A DNA stretch of 64,000 nt, taken from the IMG/VR virus record IMGVR_UViG_3300046542_000227, positions 124,001 to 188,000 of that record; one strand, 5' to 3'. Positions 17,783 through 28,156 of the stretch are shown here, piece by piece (position 1 is the first letter of the stretch; each line of letters begins with the position of its first letter). Position numbers and translations under genes: made by a program. The notes beneath the pieces were generated by a model, which ran no database searches, was not told where the DNA came from, and saw nothing but the letters and a program-made list of their open reading frames with translations.

Positions 17783-18583
17783 TTAAGCGTTAGCCAACCA
17801 CCTGGTCAGGAGGGGCAGTTGACGATGGGGGTCTGGGAATAGCCGTGCCGTAATGCCGAAGCGATCGCTACGATCAAAGCGTTTCCATTTACCTTCGGGT
17901 TGGGCCAACCGGTCGGCAACGATGTACATCGCCATCAGGTTCACACCCAAGCCACAATGGCTGCTATACACTTCGATGTTCTCGGAGCGTTTGGTTTCTT
18001 TCTCGATGCAGCACTGCCAAGCCACGACGCCGTCGGTACGGCTGAAGATAGAAGTGGTCGGTACTGGCGGGGTACGCTTGAAGGCTTCGAACTCAGCGCC
18101 TTCAGGTACGGACTGACCGCTGGAGAGTTCATACAGACGCCATGCAGTAGTGGCCTTAGCCGACTCAGCAAACGGTGTACCCATGGTCACGACTTGGCGA
18201 ACCATGTCAGTGAGTTCATGCGATACGTGGCGAGCGTAGATACCACCCAGAGACCAGCCGATCACAGTGACCTTACGACCACCGTGCAGGGCGTAGACTT
18301 CACGCACCTTAGCGAGGCAGCCCTCCAGCACGCCTTCACGTGGACCACGGTTGACGCCTTGATCCCAGCCGTAAGTGGTGTAGCCGAGGTTGTCCAAGAA
18401 CTCACGCAGTACTGCAGTGGTGAGATCACCCGCACCAAAGCCTGGGAACACCACAACCGGATGGCCATCGCCTTTAGGGGCACGACGCATCAACGGCTTC
18501 GTCAGCAACGCAGTAGCCAGTTCCCCCAGCGCACGCCATTCCAGAGTACGCAGGATATAGCCAGGAGCTTTCAATTCACGCAT
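17783..18583 (-). CDS. Alpha/beta-hydrolase (lipase/esterase-like)
   Basis: Oxyanion PGF, nucleophile elbow GWSLGG, DGVV and SHCG triad motifs. Confidence 0.85.
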   Translation of the reverse strand: MRELKAPGYILRTLEWRALGELATALLTKPLMRRAPKGDGHPVVVFPGFGAGDLTTAVLREFLDNLGYTTYGWDQGVNRGPREGVLEGCLAKVREVYALHGGRKVTVIGWSLGGIYARHVSHELTDMVRQVVTMGTPFAESAKATTAWRLYELSSGQSVPEGAEFEAFKRTPPVPTTSIFSRTDGVVAWQCCIEKETKRSENIEVYSSHCGLGVNLMAMYIVADRLAQPEGKWKRFDRSDRFGITARLFPDPHRQLPLLTRWLANA

Positions 18584-18638
18584 GGTGTTACCTCACTTTT
18601 ATTATTGGCAGTGGGATGATCCCAATTGATAATGCATG

Positions 18639-19568
18639 TTACTTGATGGAGCGATCAATCCAACGGCAAGACGCCAGCAACACGTCACCGTAATAACGAC
18701 GCACGACTGCAAACTCCTCAGAGCCCCAGTACATCGCAGCAGGGTCTAACCGGGTGGACACGTAGATCCAATCCTTTAACTTGCGCTGTGAGCCTTTGGG
18801 GAGCTGTGGGTTCTTGCTGTGACACAGTTGGATGAAGGGACGGGTCTGTACTGGACCTACCACGTCAAACGAAACCCGGGTAAAGGCATCACGCAGGGTA
18901 TTGAGCTCTTCGAGTTGTTCGAGGATACTCGCTACTAGCGTTTCGGTCTGGACGTAGTTCAGTGGACGGGCTTGCCATGCTACTTCAACTGGAGGCTTAA
19001 TCAGGTTAAAAGCTTTAGGGATTAGCCGATCCCCCACTGGAAACACCCGCGGTGGGTTCTTATAGAAGCTACCGACTTCAGGGATACCCTTGAGAAGCTT
19101 CAGGGCCTTGTCTAAGGCTTCATCGGTTAGCCCCGGGGTCAATGCTTCAACCACAGGCTTCACGGCTTTAAAGTAGGCTGTAACGGCTGCTAGCCATTCA
19201 CGGTGGACGGTGATGCAGAATGTCCCTGCATCCACCACCTGTTCACGGAGTTGCTCGGGGAAGATCTGATCCAAGTAAGGCAATAGATCACTACCTTCAA
19301 CTTTGGACTTAACCCAGTTCTGTTTACGCAGCCAGTCCTTGTTACCGTACTGACGACTGATCGCCGTCATGGTGGACTTAAAGTTGTACGTGTGTTCGAG
19401 TCTAACGGGTTTGTAGTCATCCCCTTTCAAACTCTTACCGAGTGAACCAAAGATAAACTCCTTGGCTTTATCGAAGAACCCTTCTTGTGAAATCACCAGG
19501 TTCTCCAGACTAACTCGGGTTTCGGTATCGAGTGCTGCCGATGAGGCTAGCCACTTATCAACGTCCAT
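18639..19568 (-). CDS. Putative internal head protein, paralogue 4
   Basis: SLE and SQE|GF sites, RQYG..DWL motif, C-terminal DRSIK; likely start MDVDKW at 19568. Confidence 0.6.
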   Translation of the reverse strand: MDVDKWLASSAALDTETRVSLENLVISQEGFFDKAKEFIFGSLGKSLKGDDYKPVRLEHTYNFKSTMTAISRQYGNKDWLRKQNWVKSKVEGSDLLPYLDQIFPEQLREQVVDAGTFCITVHREWLAAVTAYFKAVKPVVEALTPGLTDEALDKALKLLKGIPEVGSFYKNPPRVFPVGDRLIPKAFNLIKPPVEVAWQARPLNYVQTETLVASILEQLEELNTLRDAFTRVSFDVVGPVQTRPFIQLCHSKNPQLPKGSQRKLKDWIYVSTRLDPAAMYWGSEEFAVVRRYYGDVLLASCRWIDRSIK

Positions 19569-19634
19569 GAAAACCCCCTGTTTAAATACACAAGATAAAG
19601 GCGGCATAAAGCCCGCCGAAGCGGGCTCCATGGC

Positions 19635-20828
19635 TTAGCGTGGCAACCAGATACCTTGGGACTTCGGACGGTGCAGTGGGAAGTCGAAAGTACGACCGTG
19701 GTCATCGTGGCGAACCACGTTCACACGGTACTGACCATTGTCTTGTTCTTGTGGCGAGGCTTGGGTAGCAGCCACGTCCAACCAAGTGGTCATGTAAGGC
19801 AGCGGCATTGCCAGTGGGGCTTTAAAGTCCACTGGGCGCTCCAGTACATCCAGCGCATCAGCTACGTTGTAGTTGATGTAGGAACCAATCTCGTCCCAAC
19901 CTACACCCGGTACAATCGAACCGGAGTCACGTTGGAAATTCCGCCAGCGCATTTCAGAAGCACGTACTTCGAGTGCCATGTCATCGAGCAGTTGACGGTT
20001 GGCTTTCCAGCAAGCACGACCGCGTGGAGTGGACATCTCGTACTGGAGCACGTACTTACCGACGTTAACGTGGATCTCGGCTTCGTCTTGTGCGATGCGC
20101 TGTACCGCTTTGCAGATTGGCATGTAAGCACCAGTCTGAGCGATACCGCCAGTCACAGCAAACGAACCCATGAAGTTCACACGTTCCAGCAGGAACAGAG
20201 CCACGGTGAACATGAACGCAGCACGATAGGCTTCTTCGGAGTCACGAGCGATCAGACCCAGGGAGACCTTCAGACCCGTGCGATAGGATTCACCCATCAC
20301 CCGGCCGATGGTTTCCATACGCGACATGCCTTCTTTGATCTGCAGTACGCCCACCAGCACCGCGTTCGGTGCATCGAAGCTGTAACGGACGATCTCGGAA
20401 TAGGTAGTAGCGTGCAGGTTCTCGTTGGCTACGATTTGGTCCCACACTACTTTAAGTGCAGAATTGGTCACGAAGTGGTTACCCACTGCCATGATCGAGT
20501 TGGCGGCCATGGTGTCGCCTTCCCATTGCCAACCCAGGTTCTGGATCATAGCTTGGGCGATGGCCTGTTGCTCTTTACCTTCTTGCTTGAACTCCAGCAT
20601 ACAAGGGCTGAAGTCAAACTCATTGGTGTCCCAGTCGAGGCCACGCAGGCTACGCCAGAAGTCCCAGAGCTTTGGGTGTGGATCGTTTACGGTGTCGAGC
20701 AAACCAGCCTGCTCACCCAAGAACAAACGGCTGTCGCCATAGTTCTCTTTTTCGGCGTTGAAGATGTTACGGTCAAACATTGCAACTGATCCCGGTAGGA
20801 CCAGACCTGCTTCATTCAAATTGGACAT
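19635..20828 (-). CDS. nrdB: Ribonucleotide reductase class Ia beta subunit
   Basis: Di-iron ligands WEGD, ENLH, LERVNF, DEAEIH; radical Tyr in ENLHATTY. Confidence 0.92.
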   Translation of the reverse strand: MSNLNEAGLVLPGSVAMFDRNIFNAEKENYGDSRLFLGEQAGLLDTVNDPHPKLWDFWRSLRGLDWDTNEFDFSPCMLEFKQEGKEQQAIAQAMIQNLGWQWEGDTMAANSIMAVGNHFVTNSALKVVWDQIVANENLHATTYSEIVRYSFDAPNAVLVGVLQIKEGMSRMETIGRVMGESYRTGLKVSLGLIARDSEEAYRAAFMFTVALFLLERVNFMGSFAVTGGIAQTGAYMPICKAVQRIAQDEAEIHVNVGKYVLQYEMSTPRGRACWKANRQLLDDMALEVRASEMRWRNFQRDSGSIVPGVGWDEIGSYINYNVADALDVLERPVDFKAPLAMPLPYMTTWLDVAATQASPQEQDNGQYRVNVVRHDDHGRTFDFPLHRPKSQGIWLPR

Positions 20829-20892
20829 AGTGGATGTCGTCTATTAAAAATTTGGAGTGAAAGCCGGGTGTTACCCCGGCATGCCTAAGTAG

Positions 20893-23373
20893 TTAGACGG
20901 AGCACCCGCCGGAAGTACAGACAGGACCGCTGGTGTCGAGGCCATCATCTTCAGCCACTTCACGACGTACCCGTGCCATTACCCCAGCCAACGCCTCTTT
21001 GTCAGACGAATCACTGTTGGTGTAGTACACAGTCTTCTGACCGAGGTGCGCTGCGTAGTTGGTTTCTTCGATCAGGTCGCTGGAGCTAACCTTCTCATCG
21101 CCCTGGAAGGTAGCGTACCAGTCTGCCGAGATCGACATGTCGGTCCACTTCTGGAAGATCGCGTAGGTTTCCGAATGCTGACGACGCGTACGGTTCCAAG
21201 CGATGGAGTACCATTCTTTCAGGGTGTCGGCTTCTGGAGCAACCCAAAGCATCGAGTTGTCACCGTCGGTCTTGGTGATCGACAGTTCACGCAGGTCCAT
21301 GATCGAGTTGGTGCAAGCACTGTACTTGGACGACGACTCACCTGGCATGTAGCAGATCAGGCTGGAGAAGCGACCACCACCGTTGTCAATCAAACGCTGG
21401 GAAACTTCAGGCCAGTCGTATTGGTTAACGAACGGAGCGAGAGCATCGACATTACGGTTGTAAGTCGTTTGCGGAGTCCAGCCACGTGGCCAGTCGGTCT
21501 TGTGGATCCACTCAGCATTGCCACGCTCTTGACCCAAACGGATCGAAGCGTTGATCAAGTGGTACGCATGACGTTCAGCCATGCGATGCAGCTCCTGCAT
21601 GCCTTCTACAGACGTGTACGACAGCTTACGCTGAGCCATGTAGTGGGCAACGTCCATCAAGCCTACACCAGCGTTACGGCGCGCTTGAGCAGTGAGCTTC
21701 ATGTGCGGCAACGCGTAGTTGTTATGGTCGATGCAATAGTCAACCATGTACAGAGCGTTATACGACGTCTCGGCGTACTGCTCTTCGGTGTGGATGTTCG
21801 TTGGGATCAGTGCGGCCAAAGCACAGAGCGATACTTCAGGCTCTTGACGCTTCTCGATCACTTCAGTTACACGATGGTAAGTGAAGGAACCTTTCAAGCG
21901 GAACTCAACACCTGGCTTGAGTTCCAGTGCCGCAACGGCACCAGGGAAGCCACGGATCTCGACCGGTACGTTCGAGTCGAGGAACATGCCTTTCTGCTCA
22001 GCGGTATCGAACTTGATGAAGCCCATGAACTTGGTGCTGTTAAGCTCCATGAAGTTATCATAGTGCCAAGTCGGTTGAGTTACCTCAACACACAGGTTCG
22101 ACGACAGGATCTGATCACGGTGTGGCGTGTGGAAGTTGATCTCATCGATCATGGCCAGATAGAAGCGACCAGTCTCGAAGCCTTCGGAGCGGGCATTGAC
22201 TACCAGCTGACGGGCCGAGATCCAGATCTTCTTGAAGGCCGGGTCTTGTTCGTAGCGCTCGTAGATGGCGATGAACTCATTGAGGTCTTTGCCGTACAGC
22301 GCACGGTACAGGTCTGGTGCGGTGTGGATGTTGAACAGGAACACCTGCTCATCAGCCGCCGACTTCGACAGCAACCAGCGGTTGAGCATCATCGTGTAAT
22401 CGATGCTACGGTTACGCTTGTTGATCGGGGTACGTGGATTCTTCAGAACCATGATCTCGACCACTTCTGGGTCGTAGGCGCTGAAGAACTCGTTCAGGCT
22501 GCCGCCACGGCTGCCTTGCTTGTTCGACTTAACGATACCGGTTTGCTTACCGTAGTACGGAATCTTGCCGGAGTGGATAATGCTACCACCACGGATTGGG
22601 TCACCGAGGCTACGCACCTGCATGTTCTCGCCCAGACCTGCGGACATGTAGGTCATGACTTCAGCAATAACTGAAGAAGCCGTGATCGACTCTTTGGTAT
22701 CGCTGCAGGTAAACAGGCAGCATGAGAAGAAGCCATTGTGGCCAGTGCCCATGTTGTTGTGGTTCGGTGTAGGAGCCGACAGACGCTCGTTAGCCAGATC
22801 GCTGTAGAACGATTCCAGACGGGCCATACGAGTAATCGGGTCATGTGGTTCGCAAACCACCATAGCTACACGAGCCAGTGCATGCTGACGGGTTTCGTAG
22901 ATGCGACCGGTCAGACGGTTGCGCAGGGCATATTTGTCGCGACCCTGCTTGAGCTGGTAATGCGCACAATGGAAATCACGTTCGTGATCAACCCACTTCT
23001 CGATCTGCGCGTACTCTTCTTCGGAGTAGTTCAGCTCAACCAGGACGTTAGCGGCTTGCATGACAGTGTGCACTTCACGCAGCGTCAAACGCTTCTTGCT
23101 GCCAAAGACTTCCTTATGGATGTCGGTGGCGTAGATACGACCAGCCATGAGCTGACCGGCCCAGGTGTTCTCATTCAGGGCATTACGGATAAGGCCGTTG
23201 TTGAATTCTTTCGCGTGGCAGCGCTCAGGCATCTGAGCTACTGTTGCTACGACGATCTTTTGCCAGTCGATAAACTTAGCAAACCCCTTGGCTCCCCATT
23301 TCCCCCAGCCAAGTGCCTTACCGGCATCGAACGATACCACAGTACCATCGCGTTTGATGAACTCTTTAATCAT
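20893..23373 (-). CDS. nrdA: Ribonucleotide reductase class Ia alpha subunit
   Basis: ATP-cone start IKRDG, SAPTP, FSCCL, SNLCVE, MPGESSS and C-terminal CxxxxC. Confidence 0.95.
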   Translation of the reverse strand: MIKEFIKRDGTVVSFDAGKALGWGKWGAKGFAKFIDWQKIVVATVAQMPERCHAKEFNNGLIRNALNENTWAGQLMAGRIYATDIHKEVFGSKKRLTLREVHTVMQAANVLVELNYSEEEYAQIEKWVDHERDFHCAHYQLKQGRDKYALRNRLTGRIYETRQHALARVAMVVCEPHDPITRMARLESFYSDLANERLSAPTPNHNNMGTGHNGFFSCCLFTCSDTKESITASSVIAEVMTYMSAGLGENMQVRSLGDPIRGGSIIHSGKIPYYGKQTGIVKSNKQGSRGGSLNEFFSAYDPEVVEIMVLKNPRTPINKRNRSIDYTMMLNRWLLSKSAADEQVFLFNIHTAPDLYRALYGKDLNEFIAIYERYEQDPAFKKIWISARQLVVNARSEGFETGRFYLAMIDEINFHTPHRDQILSSNLCVEVTQPTWHYDNFMELNSTKFMGFIKFDTAEQKGMFLDSNVPVEIRGFPGAVAALELKPGVEFRLKGSFTYHRVTEVIEKRQEPEVSLCALAALIPTNIHTEEQYAETSYNALYMVDYCIDHNNYALPHMKLTAQARRNAGVGLMDVAHYMAQRKLSYTSVEGMQELHRMAERHAYHLINASIRLGQERGNAEWIHKTDWPRGWTPQTTYNRNVDALAPFVNQYDWPEVSQRLIDNGGGRFSSLICYMPGESSSKYSACTNSIMDLRELSITKTDGDNSMLWVAPEADTLKEWYSIAWNRTRRQHSETYAIFQKWTDMSISADWYATFQGDEKVSSSDLIEETNYAAHLGQKTVYYTNSDSSDKEALAGVMARVRREVAEDDGLDTSGPVCTSGGCSV

Positions 23374-23616
23374 GGGTTTAGCTGCCTAATCCGAAGCTTT
23401 AAGTGTTGGGGTTTTTCAATACGAATGTTGAAAACCGAATTCATATGAAAACCCGTTGAGTAAAAAATCACGGAGCCCGTCACGTGACTTGACCGAATTC
23501 TTGGGTACTTCTGTATTTAAATTTTTGAACATAGGATTAGCTCATTTGCCTGCTGAGATGGTATGGGTAAATCGAATGCCATAAAGAGCACAAACCAACC
23601 GACAAGGACTAGGGCG

Positions 23617-24099
23617 ATGACTGAAGTGTGTATGATTGTAGCGGCTACTAAAGAGGGGGTTATCGGTACTGGTAATACCTTACCTTGGCATATCAAGGAA
23701 GACCTGGCCTTCTTTAAAGAGAAGACCATGGGTTATCCGGTGATCCAAGGCCGTAAGACCTTCGCTTCTATCGGTCGTCCCCTACCTGGTCGGCAGAACT
23801 TTGTGCTGACACGCAGCCAAGAGCCTATCGAGGGCGTAACGCTGCTACATGAGCCAGTGATTCCCAACATAAAAGCCAAGCGGGTCTTCATCATTGGCGG
23901 CAGTGAGGTCTATAAGGCCTACGAGGACCGGATCGATGAGATCTTCCTGACTGAAGTTGGCTTGGACGTGACTGGTGATGCTTCATTACCCTTCCCGATC
24001 GAAGCCCCTACATGGATTCTCCAATCGGCGGAGTTTAAAGTGTCGTCGAAAGGGGTCAGTCTCTGCTTCCAACACTGGACGAGGAATAAAGATGAGTAG
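23617..24099 (+). CDS. folA: Dihydrofolate reductase
   Basis: MIVAAT..GVIG..N.LPWHIKEDL.FFKEKT, IQGRKTF.SIGRPLPGR, IIGGSEVY. Confidence 0.95.
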   Translation: MTEVCMIVAATKEGVIGTGNTLPWHIKEDLAFFKEKTMGYPVIQGRKTFASIGRPLPGRQNFVLTRSQEPIEGVTLLHEPVIPNIKAKRVFIIGGSEVYKAYEDRIDEIFLTEVGLDVTGDASLPFPIEAPTWILQSAEFKVSSKGVSLCFQHWTRNKDE

Positions 24100-24580
24100 T
24101 TTTACAAGAGCAAATGCCACGATTGCATTCGACCGCGAAGCTTCGTTGGTGCTGGAAAAGAACCATTGGCGTAACATCGCACCTTTCCGCTTCTACATCG
24201 GCGAGAAGGACTCCAATGAATGGGTGGATGTACCTGCAGGCATTCTGTCTGACGGCGCTACTGTTCCATTCCCGGTTAACGCGTTGATCCCGGCTTGGGG
24301 TAGCTATGGTCAAGCGGTATTGATGCACGATTACCTGTGCAACACCTACACCAAGAAGATTTTGGTGGACAGTGTGGTCACGGTAGTGACGATTGACCGC
24401 GCAGAGATCGATAGCATCCTCAATGAGGCCATGGAAGTGCTCAAGGTTGAAACTTGGCGCCGTCTGGCTATCATGACAGGGGTTACCGGCTATCGCCTCC
24501 TGATGCGCCCTACAGCGCCTCGGCGTAATCCTGCTCGTGTACGGCTGGAAGCTGCCTTCGATCCGAATGCATACGCCTGA
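24092..24580 (+). CDS. DUF1353-like protein
   Basis: VPAG..SDGATVP and AVLMHDYL motifs; overlaps DHFR stop. Confidence 0.75.
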   Translation: MSSFTRANATIAFDREASLVLEKNHWRNIAPFRFYIGEKDSNEWVDVPAGILSDGATVPFPVNALIPAWGSYGQAVLMHDYLCNTYTKKILVDSVVTVVTIDRAEIDSILNEAMEVLKVETWRRLAIMTGVTGYRLLMRPTAPRRNPARVRLEAAFDPNAYA

Positions 24581-24622
24581 CGGCATAGTGCCCTCCCCAA
24601 TCGGGGAGGGCCTTTATGTCGC

Positions 24623-26803
24623 TTATGCCGCTCGGCGGAATCCACCGTACGGGGTTGGCTGTTGATAGCGGTTCACACGTGCTTGACGGGAACGTTCATC
24701 GGTAGCCTGTTTGATCATGGCGTCAATACCCACACCACCTGCATCATCACCGAAGTCGATCTCTTGAGACAGACGACGCAGCTGCATTTCGATACGGGAT
24801 ACGGCCATGTGATCCTTGGTGGTCTTAAGCAGATCCAGCAAGTTGTCGAATACTTCACGCATTTCAGCGTTACGCGCGATCTTACGACGTTCGATAGGGG
24901 AGACGTTCGACTCGTAAGCACGAGCTCGTGTCAGCACCGACCCTGGGGCGATACCATAGTGGAAGAGGTTCTGTCCTTTAATAGCCAGCCAGTGAGCCAG
25001 CAAGTAGGCAATAACCAAGTCGTCGTGTGCGCCTTTGGCGTGGTCAACCCGACCGTCTTTAACGATGAGGGTGAAGAACTCGTTGATGAGCTCTTTGTCT
25101 TTGATGACATGACCACCGTAACGGACAGCCGACATCATGATCTCGCCATACAGGCTATCACGAGAATGACGACCCGAACCTGCGGTGTTGAAACCGAAGT
25201 AGCGCTTGTACGGATTGTAGAAGCTGATCTGACGTTGCGACACTGGGGTCTGCAGACGGCGGAACTCTTCTTTGAAGTCATCCTTCTCATCGACGATGCG
25301 GTTGTAGATCCGTTTGAATGGATCGATACCCAAGGTGTTGAGGACAATGATCAGACTGTCCAAGATAGACAGGCCAGTCGACTTACGTTCGAACATGTAA
25401 GTGACGTTCACGTATTTCACCAGCATGTCTGCGATGAAGTGTGCGTACTGTTCGATGTTGGTTTCGTTGACTCGGCAAGTCATCAGGACTTCTGCAGTCT
25501 CGATGTCGTAGAGGATCATACCCATGGCGTCGTTGTCGCCACCCAGGCCTTCCGATGGGTCGAGGGCCAGGATAGTACGGCTGTTAGCCATACGTGCGTC
25601 TAGCTGCTCACGAGGGATCTGCCAGCGCAACGCGTAACGGTAGTCGTTGATCTCCATGTAGACCGGTTCAACTTCAGACTTGGCGATACGTGCGCGAGTC
25701 TCTTCATCAAACGGAGAACCAGTGGAGTCAGCGGTCCAGATGTTGAAGTAATCTCGGTCAGCCAGTTCCCCAGACGATGCCGAATCACGCAGCTTACCCA
25801 AGAGCCACTCATCAGACATACCCAGCTGTCGATGGTTGAACGCACCATAGACCAATGGCTTAAGTCCAGTGCTACCTTTATCGACGACTTCATGCAGAAT
25901 CGCTTCAGAAGGTAGGTCGAGGTAATGCTCAGACCAAGTAGCCCCACCGGTTAGGAAGGCATGTGCCCATTTACCGTCACGCGTCAGGATCGAACCTGGA
26001 GTCGTAGTGAAGATGTTACCGTAAGGCTGATTCGCTTCACGGGCTTGGTCACGGGCAGCACCAGCCGATGCCAGAGCTACAGGCAACGATACCCCGATCA
26101 AGTTGATGTAGGGTACTTCGTCGAACTGCATGATAGGTACGGTCATACCACGACCGAGTTTGTCGGCGGCGATCTTGTCGTTTCGACCTACTGCGGTCTT
26201 GTACTTGTTGTTCAAACGGATGCAGGTCAACAGGTCGGTGTTGTCGGCGTCGTTCGGGTTGGCTGGGTGAATGTAGTCCGGCATCAAGTCACGGATCTCT
26301 TTCATCCGCTCGACGTTGGAGTTCTTCAGTTTGGTATCTTTCGTGATCAGGTTGATCGTGGTGTTCGATGCCCAGATGTACATCAACGGTGCAGTCAAGC
26401 TATCCGTCGAACCAGATTTACCTGTCTGACGTGGTTGGATCAGTGCGAAGTCAACGTGGTTAAAGAAACACCAGTATAGGGCGAGGTTACCCCGGTTCGC
26501 TTTAAAGCGGATAGGTACGTCGCCGGAGTTGGCTGGGAGTCTTGCAACTTCACGGAAGTAGTACCATGGATTATAACGACATTCCATGGCAATCTTCATC
26601 TTGATCTCTGCCGACAGATCGTCAGCATGTGGATCAATCCCGGAGAGTTCAGGCTGCAGTAGCGCCAGCGGCCACTCGCAGTTATCGATCCCCATCTTCT
26701 TGTAAAGTTTTACGACACGTAGAAAGGATTGGTTACTGGTGTTATAGTCGACTACGGCCGTAGGAAACCTGGCCCAATCGCTCTTACGTAAAATGATATC
26801 CAA
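24623..26803 (-). CDS. terL: Terminase large subunit (phiKZ gp25-like)
   Basis: Walker A PRQTGKS, Walker B MQFDE, nuclease LALDPSEG and AHDD; size and synteny. Confidence 0.9.
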   Translation of the reverse strand: MDIILRKSDWARFPTAVVDYNTSNQSFLRVVKLYKKMGIDNCEWPLALLQPELSGIDPHADDLSAEIKMKIAMECRYNPWYYFREVARLPANSGDVPIRFKANRGNLALYWCFFNHVDFALIQPRQTGKSGSTDSLTAPLMYIWASNTTINLITKDTKLKNSNVERMKEIRDLMPDYIHPANPNDADNTDLLTCIRLNNKYKTAVGRNDKIAADKLGRGMTVPIMQFDEVPYINLIGVSLPVALASAGAARDQAREANQPYGNIFTTTPGSILTRDGKWAHAFLTGGATWSEHYLDLPSEAILHEVVDKGSTGLKPLVYGAFNHRQLGMSDEWLLGKLRDSASSGELADRDYFNIWTADSTGSPFDEETRARIAKSEVEPVYMEINDYRYALRWQIPREQLDARMANSRTILALDPSEGLGGDNDAMGMILYDIETAEVLMTCRVNETNIEQYAHFIADMLVKYVNVTYMFERKSTGLSILDSLIIVLNTLGIDPFKRIYNRIVDEKDDFKEEFRRLQTPVSQRQISFYNPYKRYFGFNTAGSGRHSRDSLYGEIMMSAVRYGGHVIKDKELINEFFTLIVKDGRVDHAKGAHDDLVIAYLLAHWLAIKGQNLFHYGIAPGSVLTRARAYESNVSPIERRKIARNAEMREVFDNLLDLLKTTKDHMAVSRIEMQLRRLSQEIDFGDDAGGVGIDAMIKQATDERSRQARVNRYQQPTPYGGFRRAA

Positions 26804-26975
26804 GTTGTCATCCTCGGGAAATTAGCGTTTTGCCCACGGCGGAATAAAAGAAAAAGGGCGGTAAAAGTCCATACCATTGGCGCAACACTTGATTCCACTG
26901 TATTTGAAACCTATATTGTCCATGTGAATTAGGAGCATTAAGCCCCTAATCACCACCCCTTTAAGGAGTAACAAC

Positions 26976-27197
26976 ATGATTCTTCAATACATGTTTCTAC
27001 AGCATTCCTGCGCAAGCATGAGTACTGGTAAGGCAGAAGCTCTCTGTGAGCACTGCAAGCGGCAGCAGGTTCCGGAGTCGGAGCCTGATGTGATTAACCG
27101 GCTGGTCCAGTTCACCGTTAAAGATACGGTAACTGAAGAGGTGCGTGTATACGCCCTGTGTCATGCCCACTTCGTTGATTGGGTTTTGGCAAACTAA
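26976..27197 (+). CDS. Small Cys/His-rich protein
   Basis: CASM, CEHC, CHAH; AAGGAG RBS; early promoter at 26911. Confidence 0.6.
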   Translation: MILQYMFLQHSCASMSTGKAEALCEHCKRQQVPESEPDVINRLVQFTVKDTVTEEVRVYALCHAHFVDWVLAN

Positions 27198-27253
27198 GTA
27201 ACACCCCTCCCTTTCGGGGGAGGGTTCCTATACCCCACGCAAGGAATAAATAA

Positions 27254-27334
27254 ATGAAAGACTTCGTCAAGCTCGCAATGGCTACCGTTGTTATCGTGGT
27301 TGTCATCAAGGCTATTAACGCCGGCCGCATGTAA
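27254..27334 (+). CDS. Candidate 26-aa membrane microprotein (not in ORF track)
   Basis: AAGGAA RBS; MKDFVKLAMATVVIVVVIKAINAGRM. Confidence 0.5.
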   Translation: MKDFVKLAMATVVIVVVIKAINAGRM

Positions 27335-27368
27335 TCCAACCCCCACTATCCCTGTAAGGAATAAAGAC

Positions 27369-27680
27369 ATGACTATCAAACATGTAGTAGCACCACAAGC
27401 TTTCAACGAAGAACAACACATGCAGATGCGTGCTGACAGTTTCCAGACTGCCGGCAATCGGGTGTATCTGTTTGAAGGTGCTTCGGTACTGGTCGACATC
27501 AAGACCAACACCATCACTGCGATTAATCGCGTTCAGGGCATGACCTTCGAACCGATGATTGCTGTAAAACGTATTGCGTACTACCTCGGGTTCGTCTACT
27601 ATGAAGGCGAGCGTCACGAGTTGGACATCCGCCAGCCTAGTAGTGGTCTGTTCAAAAAGCTGTTCAGCTTCTTCGCTTAA
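27369..27680 (+). CDS. Hypothetical protein
   Basis: AAGGA RBS places start at 27369. Confidence 0.6.
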   Translation: MTIKHVVAPQAFNEEQHMQMRADSFQTAGNRVYLFEGASVLVDIKTNTITAINRVQGMTFEPMIAVKRIAYYLGFVYYEGERHELDIRQPSSGLFKKLFSFFA

Positions 27681-27712
27681 CCCCAACCCTACTCCTTATA
27701 AGGAATAACACA

Positions 27713-28156
27713 ATGCAATTTGCCAACCGCAAGAACGCTTTGAAATTCTTCAACCTGTCGATGATCGAACACAACCATCGTGATCACGCTGAATACAACA
27801 TGATGAAAATGCATGGTGTGCTCATCGACGGCAAACCACACATGGTGGTGACTGGTCTGGCTGGCGATATCTTCATCTTCGCTCCGACCATCAAACGTGA
27901 TGACCGCAAGCCTTCGGGTTATGCACTGGTGATCGATGGTGCTGTGGAAGACGGTGCCGGTCCTGAACCACTGACCGACATGACCATCAAGTTGTTCAAC
28001 GAAGCAGTATCGAAGGGTCACCACCCAACCGAACTGCTGGCGTGCATCAACGAGCACCGGACCTGCATGTTGGCTCCGGAAGAAATGGATGACTTCGATG
28101 AAGCCTACTCGGAAGAGCTGGCCCATCTGGCAGTAATGCTCGAACTGTTGTCGTAA
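27713..28156 (+). CDS. Hypothetical protein
   Basis: 147 aa, AAGGA RBS, terminator hairpin after stop. Confidence 0.65.
   Translation: MQFANRKNALKFFNLSMIEHNHRDHAEYNMMKMHGVLIDGKPHMVVTGLAGDIFIFAPTIKRDDRKPSGYALVIDGAVEDGAGPEPLTDMTIKLFNEAVSKGHHPTELLACINEHRTCMLAPEEMDDFDEAYSEELAHLAVMLELLS

Noticed and set aside
21845-22050. Functional intein in NrdA
   Set aside because: Too short, and lacks the N-terminal Cys/Ser and C-terminal His-Asn followed by Cys/Ser/Thr
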